Below, piece after piece: positions 1 through 11,886 of a DNA stretch of 33,600 nt. The position numbers and the translations under genes were made by a program. Under the pieces are notes generated by a model. That model searched no databases, was not told where the DNA came from, and saw only the letters and a program-made list of their open reading frames with translations. The number at the start of each line of letters is the position of its first letter. Position 1 is the stretch's first letter. Where the stretch lies: positions 1 to 33,600 of the forward strand of contig NIVC01001123.1 in the NCBI GenBank assembly GCA_002269645.1. Direction: 5' to 3'. This DNA comes from Macrostomum lignano (lineage: Eukaryota).

Positions 1-2380
1 ACCTGTCATGTTACGACATGCTTATATGGAATGAGCCAAATGCAGAGGAGGGGGCTTTGCTTGCTAGAGCCCCCCATTGACCCTAGAAAAGCTGTTTTTG
101 TAGGTGCACAAACCCTAAAAAGTAATTAAAAATGTCTATATTGGTTGAGTGGTTTTGAAGTCTATGACCATAGCAAGTAAAATTGAAAATAGATACAAAG
201 ATAGAGTTTTGATTTTTATAGTTAGAGATTAGGTCTAGCTATTTTTATTTTTAATATTTCTAAAATATGTCTATTAAAAATTTTGGCCTAGTCTAAGGCC
301 TAATACTATGTTTTATACTAATTAAGACAATTGAAAATAATATTATCTTGCAAATTTAAAGTTGGGCCCTAGGCCTATCTATGGTATAAGCAGATAAGTA
401 GGTTAGATTATTAAATTAATAGAAATCAATTTGGCCTAGCCCTAGGCCTAATGTTGCCCATTTCTAAATATCTTTCTTTAGCTATTTTGAATTAGAGTAG
501 AAAAAAAAGTTTTTGTTTTCTATTATTAAAATTTTCAGTTCTATACTAGTAATAAGCTTAGGCCTACCATTATTTTTTAGTATAAATATTACTTGGTAGG
601 CCTAAATTACAAAATAAATAAAGAAGCAAAAAGCCAAAAATTTATAGTTTAGAAGCAAAAATGGAAAAGGCAAAAAGGTATTGCAAAGCAAAAAAGAGAA
701 CCCTATTGAAGCAAGGTCTAAAAAATACTAGAAATCCTTTTTCTTTATTAGATATCTAGATTACTTTGATATATTGCAGCTTAACATAGCCTTTTTTGCT
801 TTCCCATATTGCCTTAGCTCCCTTACCTTTTATTCCTTATATGCAACTTTTTATTCCCTTTGCATTTCATTGCTACATTACCACTAAGCTATTTTATATT
901 AGATATTATCCATAAAATGGCCATTGTTTACAATAAGAAAAGAGAATAAAAAATAAAACAAGTTGCATAGCCAATATAGTTTCAGAGTTTATGCATTTGT
1001 TTATATATATATATTTAGTAAACCAAAATAGAGTAGACAATAGGCCTAATCAAAACCTAAAAAGAACTAAAAAGATAAGTTTTTATATTTTCTGACATAA
1101 TAATTCTATAGTAGTATATGTATAATCTTATTTGTTATTTGCTAGTTTCATTTTAGTGATTTTATCCATCATGGACATGGATATCCTAAATATATAAAAT
1201 TTTGATGATAGGAAATAATTTATATCTTTTAAGCATTGATTTGGGCATCTGCTTCAAAAACAAATTAAATAGAAAGGTTGCCATGACATATTTATAATTA
1301 TATAATTATAATTTATATAATATAGTATCATTTATTGTTTTAGTAGAAAATAGCAATCAGCCCCCATTTATAAGGCAACAAATAAAGTAGCAGAATAATA
1401 TCAAAAATATTTATAAAAATGCTAATATAGTTGTTTTCTTAAATTTTAGTGTGTAAAAATAAATCTTAAAATTAAGCATTTATAGTAACCTTTCAATTAT
1501 CAACAATAAACAAAATCTATTTGCCTTGGCATTTCCAAGCTTATCTGTTAGAAAAGCAATTTTTAATTCTATTAGTTTATTTTGAAGAATATTTTATATA
1601 TAAGTGAGCCTTTTATATAAGCATTTTTTATCTAAATTCAAGGTGCCAAATTAATAACCAGAATGAAATTTAGCATCAATCAAAAAGTCAAATTAAATAG
1701 CATATCAAAATCTTTACTTATACTTTTTACATTGCTGCACCTCTCTAAACTACAGAAGTTGCAAAAGTTTGCAGATTCCTTATTTATAGATATATATTAT
1801 TCAAATTTTACAATCAGTAGAAATCTCGAAATCCAAATGCTTATTGATACTTCAAATAATATATAAATAGGTTACTATAAGCTACTAAATAAGTATGGAA
1901 CTTGGATTAACAGTAAAACTACCAAGAGGGGTATTAATGTTTTGCTGCACCAGAACAGAGCAATATAAGACATTAAATTCAAGAACATTGTCTGACACAG
2001 GCGTCAAGGTGATGATATAATGCTTGAAAGACTCGCTAAGGATGTTAAGCAGTTGAGGTTTGCCCATTATTAAAGCTTGGTCAGCAAAATCAAGTAAATT
2101 AGCAAAGTGGTGTCCGTAATCATCTAGTAGCATCTGTTGAAAGTTCCAACAGCATTGAGATGATGACAGAATGCTTGAAAGACTAGCTGATGATGTCTAG
2201 CAGTTGAAGTTTGCTATAGGGTGTCCATAGCGAACTTTAATAACACAATAGGGTGTCCATAGTCACCTGATGTTACATGTTGAAGGTCTAGAAGCTGCGC
2301 TTGGGTGAAGGCCAGTGATCAAATTCCAGACACATTTGTCGATGTGATGATGAGATTTGGACTGGAGGCTTGGCAAAATA

Positions 2381-3679
2381 CGAGGGTCAGTCAAAAAGTA
2401 ATGATAATTTTGTTGTACCGCCTAAAATATCAGAGTTATTGAACTGCAACTGGTTTCATTTGAAAAAAACATCTTTTGATCTTTATTTGACAGAGTTTTG
2501 GTTCTTCTAAAGTGATTGATGCTTGCATGGTGACACTCTAATCACAGTATATCCTTTAAGCAATGGAAAATTCAAAAATCGAAGCTCATACTAACGTGAA
2601 ATTTCTTGTATAGCTTGGTTGGAAGCCAGCCGAAATCATTGACGCTTTGAAGAAGGTCTATGGGGACATTGCTCCACTAGATCCAACCATTTACTGCTGG
2701 ATTCAGGCTTTTAAGGAAGGCCGAGAGTCCACGGAAGACGCCCAGCGGTCGGGAAGGCCCACAACATCGCGCACAGGGGAAAATGTGGTAGCTGTGCAGC
2801 CAGTGATTGAGCTGGATCGGCGCGTGACCATAGACAATATTGCTGAAAAAGTGGGCATTGCTCATGGCAGTGCTCACTCCATTGTGATGGACTATCTTGG
2901 TCTGAGCAAGCTGAGTGCTTGCTGGGTCCCGCGGCTGTTGCGGCCTGAACACCGGGTTCAATGCACTGAGTGCGCCATCAACCTGCTGAACCGCTTGGAC
3001 GCTGATTCAGAAAACAGTTACCAGCGCTTAGTGACCGGGGATGAAACATGAATATTTCAATGCAATCCCGAGTCCAAGGTCCAATCCAAGGAGTGGCTGC
3101 CACGAGATTCAGCAGGCCCCAAGAAGTTCCATTCGGAATGGTCTGCAGCGAAGGTCTTGGCGACAATTCTCTGGGATGTTGAGGGAGTGGTGACGGTGGA
3201 CTTCTTGGAAAGCCAGAAGACCATCAATGCCACCTATTATGAGTCGCTTCTGTAAAAGCTCCGCACCGAACTGGCCAAAAAGCAACATGGCAAGTTGCAC
3301 CTTGGGATTCTCTTTCACCACGACAAAGCACCAGCTCACACTTCTCGGCTCTGCCATGAAGCCCTGCGAGATTTCTGCTGGGAAATCCTCCAGCATCTTC
3401 CATATAGCCCTGGTTTGGCTCTTTCGGACTTTTTTTGCTTCCCAAGCTGAAGGAAGCAATCAAAGGAGTCCAAGATGAGGACAAAGAGGCTGCCAAAAAG
3501 GCTACTGTACAGTGGCTTGCATCACAGCCTCCTGAGTTCTACGCAAACGGCCTGGAGAGATGGCGACACTGCATGGAGAAGTGCCTGACCCTGGAGGGGA
3601 CTATGTTGAAAAGTAGATTTCCATTTAAAGTTTGAGACTCGTGAGAACAAAATTATCATTACTTTTTGACTGACCCTCG
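2381..3679 (+). mobile_element. Full-length (1299 bp) mariner (DD34D) DNA transposon with defective transposase
   Basis: Perfect 34-bp TIRs (2381-2414 CGAGGGTCAGTCAAAAAGTAATGATAATTTTGTT and its reverse complement at 3646-3679), flanked by TA at 2379-2380 and 3680-3681. The interior encodes a mariner transposase remnant. Confidence 0.97.
2563..3616 (+). pseudogene. Mariner transposase pseudogene
   Basis: ATG at 2563 (MENSKIE). Motifs WVPRLL, VTGDET(W), HDKAPAH and YSPGLALSDF, with 34 residues between the 2nd and 3rd catalytic Asp, and the C-terminus EGDYVEK*. In-frame stops at 2611 (TAG), 3049 (TGA) and 3253 (TAA); frameshifts near 3435 and ~3600. Confidence 0.95.
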
Positions 3680-3889
3680 TACACTAGTGCTTATTGAAAA
3701 AATCTGGCCTTCTGGCAGAATTTTTTCCATATCTCGATGGTCTGGAGGGCGCTGGCGACAAGAATTTCATCCATGTTCTTGCATTTTGTGTGCCTGCGTT
3801 GTAAGTTCTGGTACCAGCTACAAATCGTACCTTTCATACCTAGGTGTATTATTTCAAAACTGCTGTTAATATTTCAGACAACAACGGTT

Positions 3890-6800
3890 ATGTCAGCAAC
3901 CCCGGCGCCGTCAGGTATCGAGCAGCAACTTGTTGACCGATTGCGCGCCACAGTGCAATCTTATTTATCCAGAATGCAATACAAATCTGCCGCATTCTGG
4001 GCCGATAAGCTTGTTAGTTTAAGCCGTGGCCAACCGAAAGATGTGTACAACTATTGCCAGTGCTTGTACTTGACTAAGCAGTATCATCGGGCTATTCACC
4101 ACCTGAAGCAGCGCCAATTGCACGTTCGCACAGTGGCTGGCTGCCATCTGACCGCACTGTGCCACTATGATAGTGGCGAATTCAATGACGCCTTGGCGGT
4201 GCTAGACAGTGCGGCCGCTGGTAATGGCGGCACGGCTGCTGACACTGGCGGCTTCAATGCCAGCCAATGGTTAGCCAGCGCTAGTCGGGTCCTTGACGAT
4301 GATAATTTGACAGCATCAACCGAATGGCAACAGCTGCCACAGTTGGACGAATTCGGTCTGCCATGCCGTCCGCTTGCCGGTTCGCTGGCTCTGCTACGAG
4401 GTCGCGTGTTCGAATCTCTGGGCGTGAGGCCACGCGCAGTTCACTGCTTTGTAGACGCCCTGCGCAAAGATGCCTATTGCTACGAAGCATTCGAAGCGCT
4501 ATTCGGTTCGCAGAATTTGCGCGCATCCGAGGAGGCCGAACTATTAGCAAATTTGCATTTTGATGAGGCCTGCCAGACTCCCGAGGAGGCTAAGCTACTG
4601 CAGCTGGTGTACGGCAATCGGGTTAATAAGTACGGCCCACCAAAGGAGCTGGAAGTGCCGGACTCGATTGTGGCGCTGAAGGTGAGCTCGCTCAATTGAA
4701 AGCAGGTTTGGCCTGGGGTCGATGTACACCCTGTGTGAGCGTGTGTATGAGTGGGTGTACGTGCAGAGTGGCCGTCAGCACTCATTGTAGGACAATGTCA
4801 CCGAATGCGTTGGCGCCAAGATGCCCACAATCTTCACGCAAATACTATTATCATTATTGTTAGTTGGCAGGAGGCAGACAGCGGCCCTGACTTTTTCATC
4901 CATACTGAAAAGGTGTGGATTTTAGTGCACACTGAAATAAATTGGCCATCTCACGGATTAAGGCCCTGACTAGTCATAGTCATAGCGTTTTTTGTTGTTG
5001 TTTTCTGAGGTAAAAAATAGCACCTCAACGCCCTGTGCCTTGGTGATTGTGAATGGGGAGTTGGTGCGCATAATTGCACAAATTGATAAAAAAAACTTTT
5101 TATACCATCCCTAATCTCATTCAGGACAATGGCGACCTGGTAACTAGCCTGGCTGAGCGCTACTTCTACGCGTGCCACTTCCACGAATGCCAACAATTAA
5201 CATCGAGCGTATTGGCCAACGATCCGTTTAACGATCTCTGCCTACCATTGCACATCGCCGCTTTGAAAGAATTAGGCAAAGATAATCAATTGTTTTTGCT
5301 CGGGCATCAACTAGTTGAATTATATCCGTCTAGGCCTATTTCTTGGTACGCTGTTGGCTGTTATTATCTGTGCATACACGACAAGGAGATGGCTAGACGG
5401 TGAGTTTAAATATTTCATTCTTTCTACTACCAGTAGACGCAGTGTGTGCGACTTTCTCGGTCTCAGTCTAGACGCGTACATTAGAACATAGTTGAAACGC
5501 GCGGCAGCCCATCCGCTGAGAATATAGGATCAATACTTGGTTTTGAGTGCTTAAATGTCTATGACACTCGTGCAGTCGTGACCGAGACATTTAAGCACTC
5601 CTATATCCTATATTCTCAGCGGATGGGCTGCCGCGCGTTTCAACTATCTTCTAAAGTCCAAGTTTAGAATACCAAAGTTCAAAACTAGGATGCCAGATGG
5701 GATTAGTCAGAATTGTTTTTTTTAATTTTAGTTCACTCTAGTTGCGACTTAGTTCACTCTAGTTGCGAATTAGTTCACTCTAGTTGCGACTTAGTTCACT
5801 CTATTTGCGACTTAGTTCACTTTAGTTGCGAATTAGTTCACTCTCGCTGCGACTTAGTTCACTCTATTTGCGACTTAGTTCACTCTAGTTGCGACTTAGT
5901 TCACTCTATTTGCGACTTAGTTCACTCTAGTTGCGAGTTAGTTCACTTTAGTTGCGAATTAGTTCACTCTAGTTGCGACTTAGTTCACTCTATTTGCGAC
6001 TTAGTTCACTCTAGTTGCGACTTAGTTCACTCTATTTGCGACTTAGTTCACTCTAGTTGCGAGTTAGTTCACTTTAGTTGCGAATTAGTTCACTCTAGTT
6101 GCGACTTAGTTCACTCTAGTTGCGAATTAGTTCACTCTAGTTGCGAATTAGTTCACTCTAGTCGCGAATTAGTTCACTCTAGTTGCGACTTAGTTCACTC
6201 TAGTTGCGACTTAGTTCACTCTAGTTGCGAATTAGTTCACTTCAGCTACAATCCGCCCACGCATTGTAGCTACTTGATGAAGTGCACCAGAATGAATCGC
6301 TACTTCGGGCCTGGTTGGATCGCTCTTGGCCACGCTCTAGCTGAGGACACTGAGCACGATCAGGCCATAGCTGCTTACACCACGGCTATACAGGCTATGC
6401 AGGGCAGTCACGTGCCCTACTTGTACATCGGCTTAGAGTACGGCCTCACAAATAATCTACCATTGGCTAGCGAATTCTTTGATCAAGCTGTTGAACTGTG
6501 CCCGAACGATCCATTCTTATTGCACGAGCGCGGAGTTACGTATTTCAATGCGCGCGACTATGCCAAGGCTGAGGAGCAATTCCGGCTGGCTGTTGGCCGG
6601 ATCGATGAACTGTCCGGCGAAATGCCCAGCTCATTCTGGGAGCCCGTGTTTAATAATCTCGGGCACACCTGCCGGAAATTGAAGAGGTTTGCTTTTTGTA
6701 CTTTAAATTAGTAGCAATAATAGTATAAACTAGCACCTTGTAAGTCACTTTTTAATCGTTAAGTAAAATTGTTCAAGCAAAAAAGTATGGGCCTGAAAGC

Positions 6801-7350
6801 CAGCTGTCTAGCTTAAGATATCAGATCCCTTATGAGCTTTGGCTCAATGCATTTGAGCACCCCCATGAGTCGCAGGATTTCAGCTATCCCCCATCTCAGC
6901 AATTTCCCATGAGCACGAAGAACCGTGTCTCACATAGTTGGACAGTTTAATACAACTGGTCGTATTGAGAATCTTGCCTCGAGGAGGTGTCAAACGGAGG
7001 TCTTTCAGCGATGCTATGATGGAGAGCATTTGTATTTGTAAAGATGAAGCAAGGGCTCATCTTGACGTTTCTGGGATGTCGGTCGGCTATAGATGTCGGA
7101 CGCTTTCTGCCGCCAAATTCACCCTTTATCGGATCCTGCAGAATCAGCACTGAAAGCGGCAGTGAAACAAAATTTAGGCCATATAATGTGAAGTCGCTGA
7201 CAGAAACTTGGCTCAAGCAGCTACCCATGTTAGTGCTCAAGCGAGATGTAGAGGTCTCGATGAATGCCATCACTCAGCAGAAATGCATTCAGCGGGTGAA
7301 CCATATTTAAACATGCATCTAGAGGTGTCTGACTGAATCACAACCAACTG

Positions 7351-7397
<47 letters not shown>

Positions 7398-8023
7398 TCT
7401 CCTATACCATAAGTAAACCCTCTCCTATAACATACCATAACTACCATAAGTAGTAGCTATAGTATTCTGATCAGTAAAACGTATAGAATCAACCGGATAG
7501 TTTGTAAGCAGGATATTATTACTGCTATTGTTCTCAATACCACAGATACGATGAGGCCATCCAGCACCACCAGCGAGCCTGGTCCCTGTATCCCGGCAAC
7601 GCAGCCACCCTGACAGCTCTTGGCTACGCGTTCGCTTTAAACGGCGATTTCGATCGAGCCGTTGATCACCTGACCCGGTCGCTTAGTTTAAACTATGACG
7701 ATAAATTTAGTTCGCAATTGCTCAGCAAACTGGTTGAAGTGATGGCGGAGACTCACCTGCCCTGGTTAGACTCTCTACTAGGCGATCGGGGCGACAGTTT
7801 GCCAACCATGAACTGGCAAGACCTGCCCGACCGGAAACCGGCGTCGTTGGCTATGGAATCTCCTAGCGGCGCCTCGCTGTCCGGTCGGTGGCTGCAGTCG
7901 GCTACCACACAGACGCCGAATTCTGCTATGCGACTGCGGCAGCAGCAGCAGCAGCGTCAGCTGACCATGTCGGCTGGCAGCGTGGAAAGTGTCGATATGG
8001 AGGACGTTTCTATGGATATTTGA
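3890..8023 (+). CDS. CDC16: Anaphase-promoting complex subunit 6 / cell division cycle 16 (TPR protein), ~653 aa
   Basis: join(3890..4681,5125..5399,6270..6686,7546..8023) = 1962 nt, all GT-AG and phase-consistent. Recognisable CDC16 motifs: YKSAAFWADKLVSLS, LAERYFYACHF, LYPSRPISWYAVGCYY, GPGWIALGH, EHDQAIAAY, LYIGLEYGLTNN, WEPVFNNLGHTCRKLKRY. The ATG is 12 nt after an acceptor (tttcag, 3877). Confidence 0.95.
5484..5651. mobile_element. Palindromic MITE-like element in CDC16 intron 2
   Basis: Perfect 43-bp inverted repeat at 5488-5530/5605-5647, extending to ~50 bp with one mismatch. An inner 16-bp inverted repeat lies at 5545-5560/5585-5600. TA dinucleotides flank it at 5482-5483 and 5652-5653. 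Confidence 0.6.
5728..6245. repeat. 21-bp minisatellite (TTAGTTCACTCTAGTTGCGAC), ~25 copies, CDC16 intron 2
   Basis: Direct tandem periodicity. It produces the LVHSSCD repeats of ORF 5713..6711. Confidence 0.97.
7354..7402. repeat. (CT)n microsatellite, CDC16 intron 3
   Basis: Directly visible. Confidence 0.95.
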
Positions 8024-8325
8024 TTATATTGTTATATTTTGCTGCGGCAATCTTAGTACAGTGGGAATTCAACAGTCTTGCAGACTCAGTTAGTTACATA
8101 TGATAAGGTCACTCTCTATTCTCCGCCAGTGTCGATACGTGTGGCTACTTTTTATGACAGTAGTAGAATTTGCATGTGTAAAGAAAAAAATTGTAGGGAA
8201 TTTAGGGAATTTCTGCCTTTTGTTTTAGGCAGAGGCTGTGTGCACTCTGGTGCACTTTAAGCGACATTGTCACACAACCGGCGAGAGGCATCCCTGCCCA
8301 TTCCGCCGACTCATCTTGTATCTTG

Positions 8326-8805
<480 letters not shown>

Positions 8806-9464
8806 CTTCTTGTGTCGTGACTCAGTGCTGTGTCTCCAGAATGTTCGTTTAACCAGTTTATTTTCCGCTGGGAAAGATCTTGAAGAAGAAGAAGCCAGTC
8901 TTGTCCTTAAATGTTCTGGTGCAGCTAAATGTTTTTAAAAGGTATTAATTCTGTTACAGTGCTACTTTTATTAAGTAGTGCAACCACCGTGCTGATAATC
9001 TAGTAATCTGCATGCTTATTGATAAACTGTGGGTCATAAGGCATTTTCTATTCTCCATATATTTGGAGACAATTTTTTTTCCAAATAATTGCATTGTGTA
9101 ATATTTTTGCAACTTGTAACGCTGTCTGACTCTTACAAAAATTACGAATAGAAATAATACAAATAACTTTGACTATAATTGCTATGTGTATTTTATTATA
9201 AATCTGTAGTTCAACATTCTTTGTGTTTTTATTTTGTTTATTCAAATTCTAAGTGCTTAGTGTCATAGATGTCTTTGGGGTTCCTTTTAGCTACTTGCAG
9301 TAGTGTTGATAGTTTTGTTTTCAGCAGAAAAATTCAGTGAAACCTCCACAGTTTTATCCTCGGGGCAGTAAAATATCAGAAATCGAAGCCAGGTTTTTCT
9401 ATCACGTTATTTTTATTAACATCGCAGACCCTTCTACTAACAGTAGTGCTGTCGCCAAATTTAG

Positions 9465-9866
9465 ATTTTCAGCAGACTAATTTCAAGCGTTAGTAGCGGC
9501 GGCGGCGGCGCTGCTCGGTTTGCCCAGCTACTATCGGTCAGCAGCAGTCGCTCCTTTGCCACCAGTTCCAAGCCGAATCAGAGTTCGCCAGAACTGCCAG
9601 CAGTGCTAACAATGTATACTCGGCCGGGTTGCACTCTGTGCGAAGATGCGGTTGAAGAGGTTCAACATTTGATCGACGCTGGTCGGATTGTACTGCGTCG
9701 GGTTGACATCGACTTGCCAGAGAATGAGCGGTATCAGGTGTGGCGCTACGATATACCCGTGTTTAAAATTCGCGGCCTGCCAACTATGATGCATCAATTA
9801 GACTTGGACGCTTTGACCCGGCATTTGAATCAGTTGGAGCTTGCGGAGAGGAGCAAAACTGATTAA
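9465..9866 (+). CDS. Glutaredoxin-like protein (C5orf63/DUF836/YDR286C family) with a probable mitochondrial transit peptide; start codon not in this exon unless internal M9612 is used
   Basis: VLTMYTRPGCTLCEDA (CxxC), RRVDIDLPEN, RYDIPVF and MMHQLD match the C5orf63 family pattern. The frame is open from 9465 (after TAG/acceptor 9462-9464) to TAA 9864-9866. Confidence 0.88.
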   Translation: MFSRLISSVSSGGGGAARFAQLLSVSSSRSFATSSKPNQSSPELPAVLTMYTRPGCTLCEDAVEEVQHLIDAGRIVLRRVDIDLPENERYQVWRYDIPVFKIRGLPTMMHQLDLDALTRHLNQLELAERSKTD

Positions 9867-9900
9867 TTGGTGAGCTTTTTACTTTTGTATGCGTACGTCT

Positions 9901-10465
9901 ATGAGTTAAGGATCGGGTAGGATTTATGAGTGAAGGATCGGGTAGGATTTATGAGTGAAGGATCGGGTAGGATTTATGAGTGAAGGATCGGGTAGGATTT
10001 ATGAGTGAAGGATCGGGTAGGATTTATGAGTGAAGGATCGGTGGTGTTCATAGGTGAGGGATCAGAGGGTAGGGATTAGGGAAGGGTTTATGGGTAAAGA
10101 ATCGGAGGGTAGGGATTAGGGAAGGGTTCATGGATAAAGAATCGGAGGGTAGGGATTAGGGAAGGGTTCATGGGTGACGGATCGGAGGGTAGGGATTAGG
10201 GAAGGGTTCGTGGGTGACGGATCGGAGGGTAGGGATTAGGGAAGGGTTCGTGGGTGACGGATCGGAGGGTAGGGATTAGGGAAGGGTTCGTGGGTGACGG
10301 ATCGGAGGGTAGGGAAGGGTTTATGGGTGACGGATCGGAGGGTAGGGAAAGGTTTATGGGTGACGGATCGGAGGGTAGGGAAAGGTTTATGGGTGACGGA
10401 TCGGAGGGTAGGGAAGGGTTTATGGGTGACGGATCGGAGGGTAGGGAAAGGTTTATGGGTGACGG
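9901..10465. repeat. G-rich composite minisatellite: 25-bp, then 40-bp, then 33-bp related units
   Basis: GATTTATGAGTGAAGGATCGGGTAG units (9901-10040), AGGGATTAGGGAAGGGTTCATGGGTGACGGATCGGAGGGT units (~10071-10310), and AGGGAAAGGTTTATGGGTGACGGATCGGAGGGT units (~10311-10465). Confidence 0.93.
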
Positions 10466-11274
10466 GTATTCATTCATGCAGCCTTTGACTCCTATTGTGC
10501 TAGTCAGTTATTCCAGCCCTTTACTGTCAAGTATGAACAGGTGAAAGTGCAGGACAGACGAAGGACAGTCCAAGTGTATTAATTGTACTTTTGTTTTAGT
10601 GCACAATGCTTATTGGCTACTCGAAATTGCCTTCTTTATCTGTCAGTGTCAAATTCTTTAAATTCGAAGTGCTAAGCTACAAAACAAAATTACATTTAAC
10701 GTCACCTTATTGAACATTTTTCTACTGTATATGCATATTTGTGTCTTAACACTCAGATTCGAGCAATATAATTATCAGTTTCTGCCGTTACGTTCAACAA
10801 CTTCTCTCCGCTTGGTAATGCTTTTCTATATTGTTTGATTTACTCTCTGAGTCTCCGTACCTCACAATATCTCTCTCTCCCTCTCCCCCTCTCTCTTTCT
10901 CTCAGTTTTGTTCTCAGTATGCAAGAGCCAAACTGCAGCAAACTAACATTTATGCCCTAGGACATACCTCAATTTTTGTACACTGCTCTCATTTCCAAGA
11001 AAACTCCGTGACTGAGAATGACATTGTGTTGTACTTGCTGAATACGCGTCTGAAATTTTTTTTACGCAGATAGCCTAGTTCAAGTACACAGTCTGTAGAG
11101 CTGCTGTGGGTCTGTTTCCTGTTACGGATGTACTTGCGCTCCTATGTACACGCGCTCTGTGTATATATGTTTCATATCGAGAGACCGCCGCAGCTTTTAT
11201 TATTGAATAGTAGCCGTGAAAAATGGCCATCGGCAAGCAGTGAAATATTTAAAAAAAGCTTTATCTATTTGAAA

Positions 11275-11683
11275 ATGTTTAATAAAAGTGGCGATGAAAA
11301 CAATAATGATGATGAAGATTTCCACGCCGAATCGCCGAGTCAGCTTCGTCCTCGGAGGCGGCGGCCTCGGCCGCATTGTACATTGATTGGCTCGAATCGG
11401 TGCTGCGATCGCATCGACAGATGGTTGCTGAGCCAGTTGGACTCGGCTTACCTGCCAGATCTAGTCTGGCTGGACAGGGCTAGCGGCCTGTTTCGCATCG
11501 ATTGGCATCGGCGGCAGTGTGACAGGCGGCGGCTGCGGCCGGCTGACTGCGGAGGACACGGCTGTGGAACTGCTGCTGCCGCTGCTGCTGAGGACTGCGG
11601 CAGCGGCCGTGGTAGCGTATTCACTGCCTGGCACCGGTATCGAGGTGACTGCCTGTCTGTCCGTCTGGCTGTCTGCCTGTCTC

Positions 11684-11729
<46 letters not shown>

Positions 11730-11855
11730 CCTCTGTCTGTCTGTCCGTGTGTCTATCTGTCCGTCTGTCTTTCTATCTGTCTGTCTGTCTGTCTTAGTGT
11801 CTGTCTGTCTGTCTGTGTGACTCTGTCTGTCTGTCTGTCTGTCTGTCTGTGTGAC

Positions 11856-11886
<31 letters not shown>

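Noticed and set aside
1885-2262. 82-aa minus-strand ORF with a ~50-bp internal duplication (about 2020-2070 / 2171-2218) and a 15-bp direct repeat
   Set aside because: No recognisable domain and the duplicated copy contains stops; it is probably a decayed repeat fragment, but I cannot support a family call.
3737-3889. Extended N-terminus of the 320-aa ORF (alternative start at 3737)
   Set aside because: It crosses a GTAAGT (3801) ... TTTCAG (3877) intron-like or outron segment; CDC16 similarity begins after ATG 3890.
5713-6269. LVHSSCD-repeat N-terminal part of ORF 5713..6711
   Set aside because: It is a 21-bp intronic minisatellite that happens to be in frame with CDC16 exon 3; homology resumes only at 6270.
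6938-7310. Overlapping 70-110 aa ORFs in CDC16 intron 3
   Set aside because: No recognisable motif in any frame; a TE remnant is possible but unsupported.
10071-10310. Interstitial telomeric repeat
   Set aside because: Only one TTAGGG per 40-bp unit, not a tandem (TTAGGG)n run.
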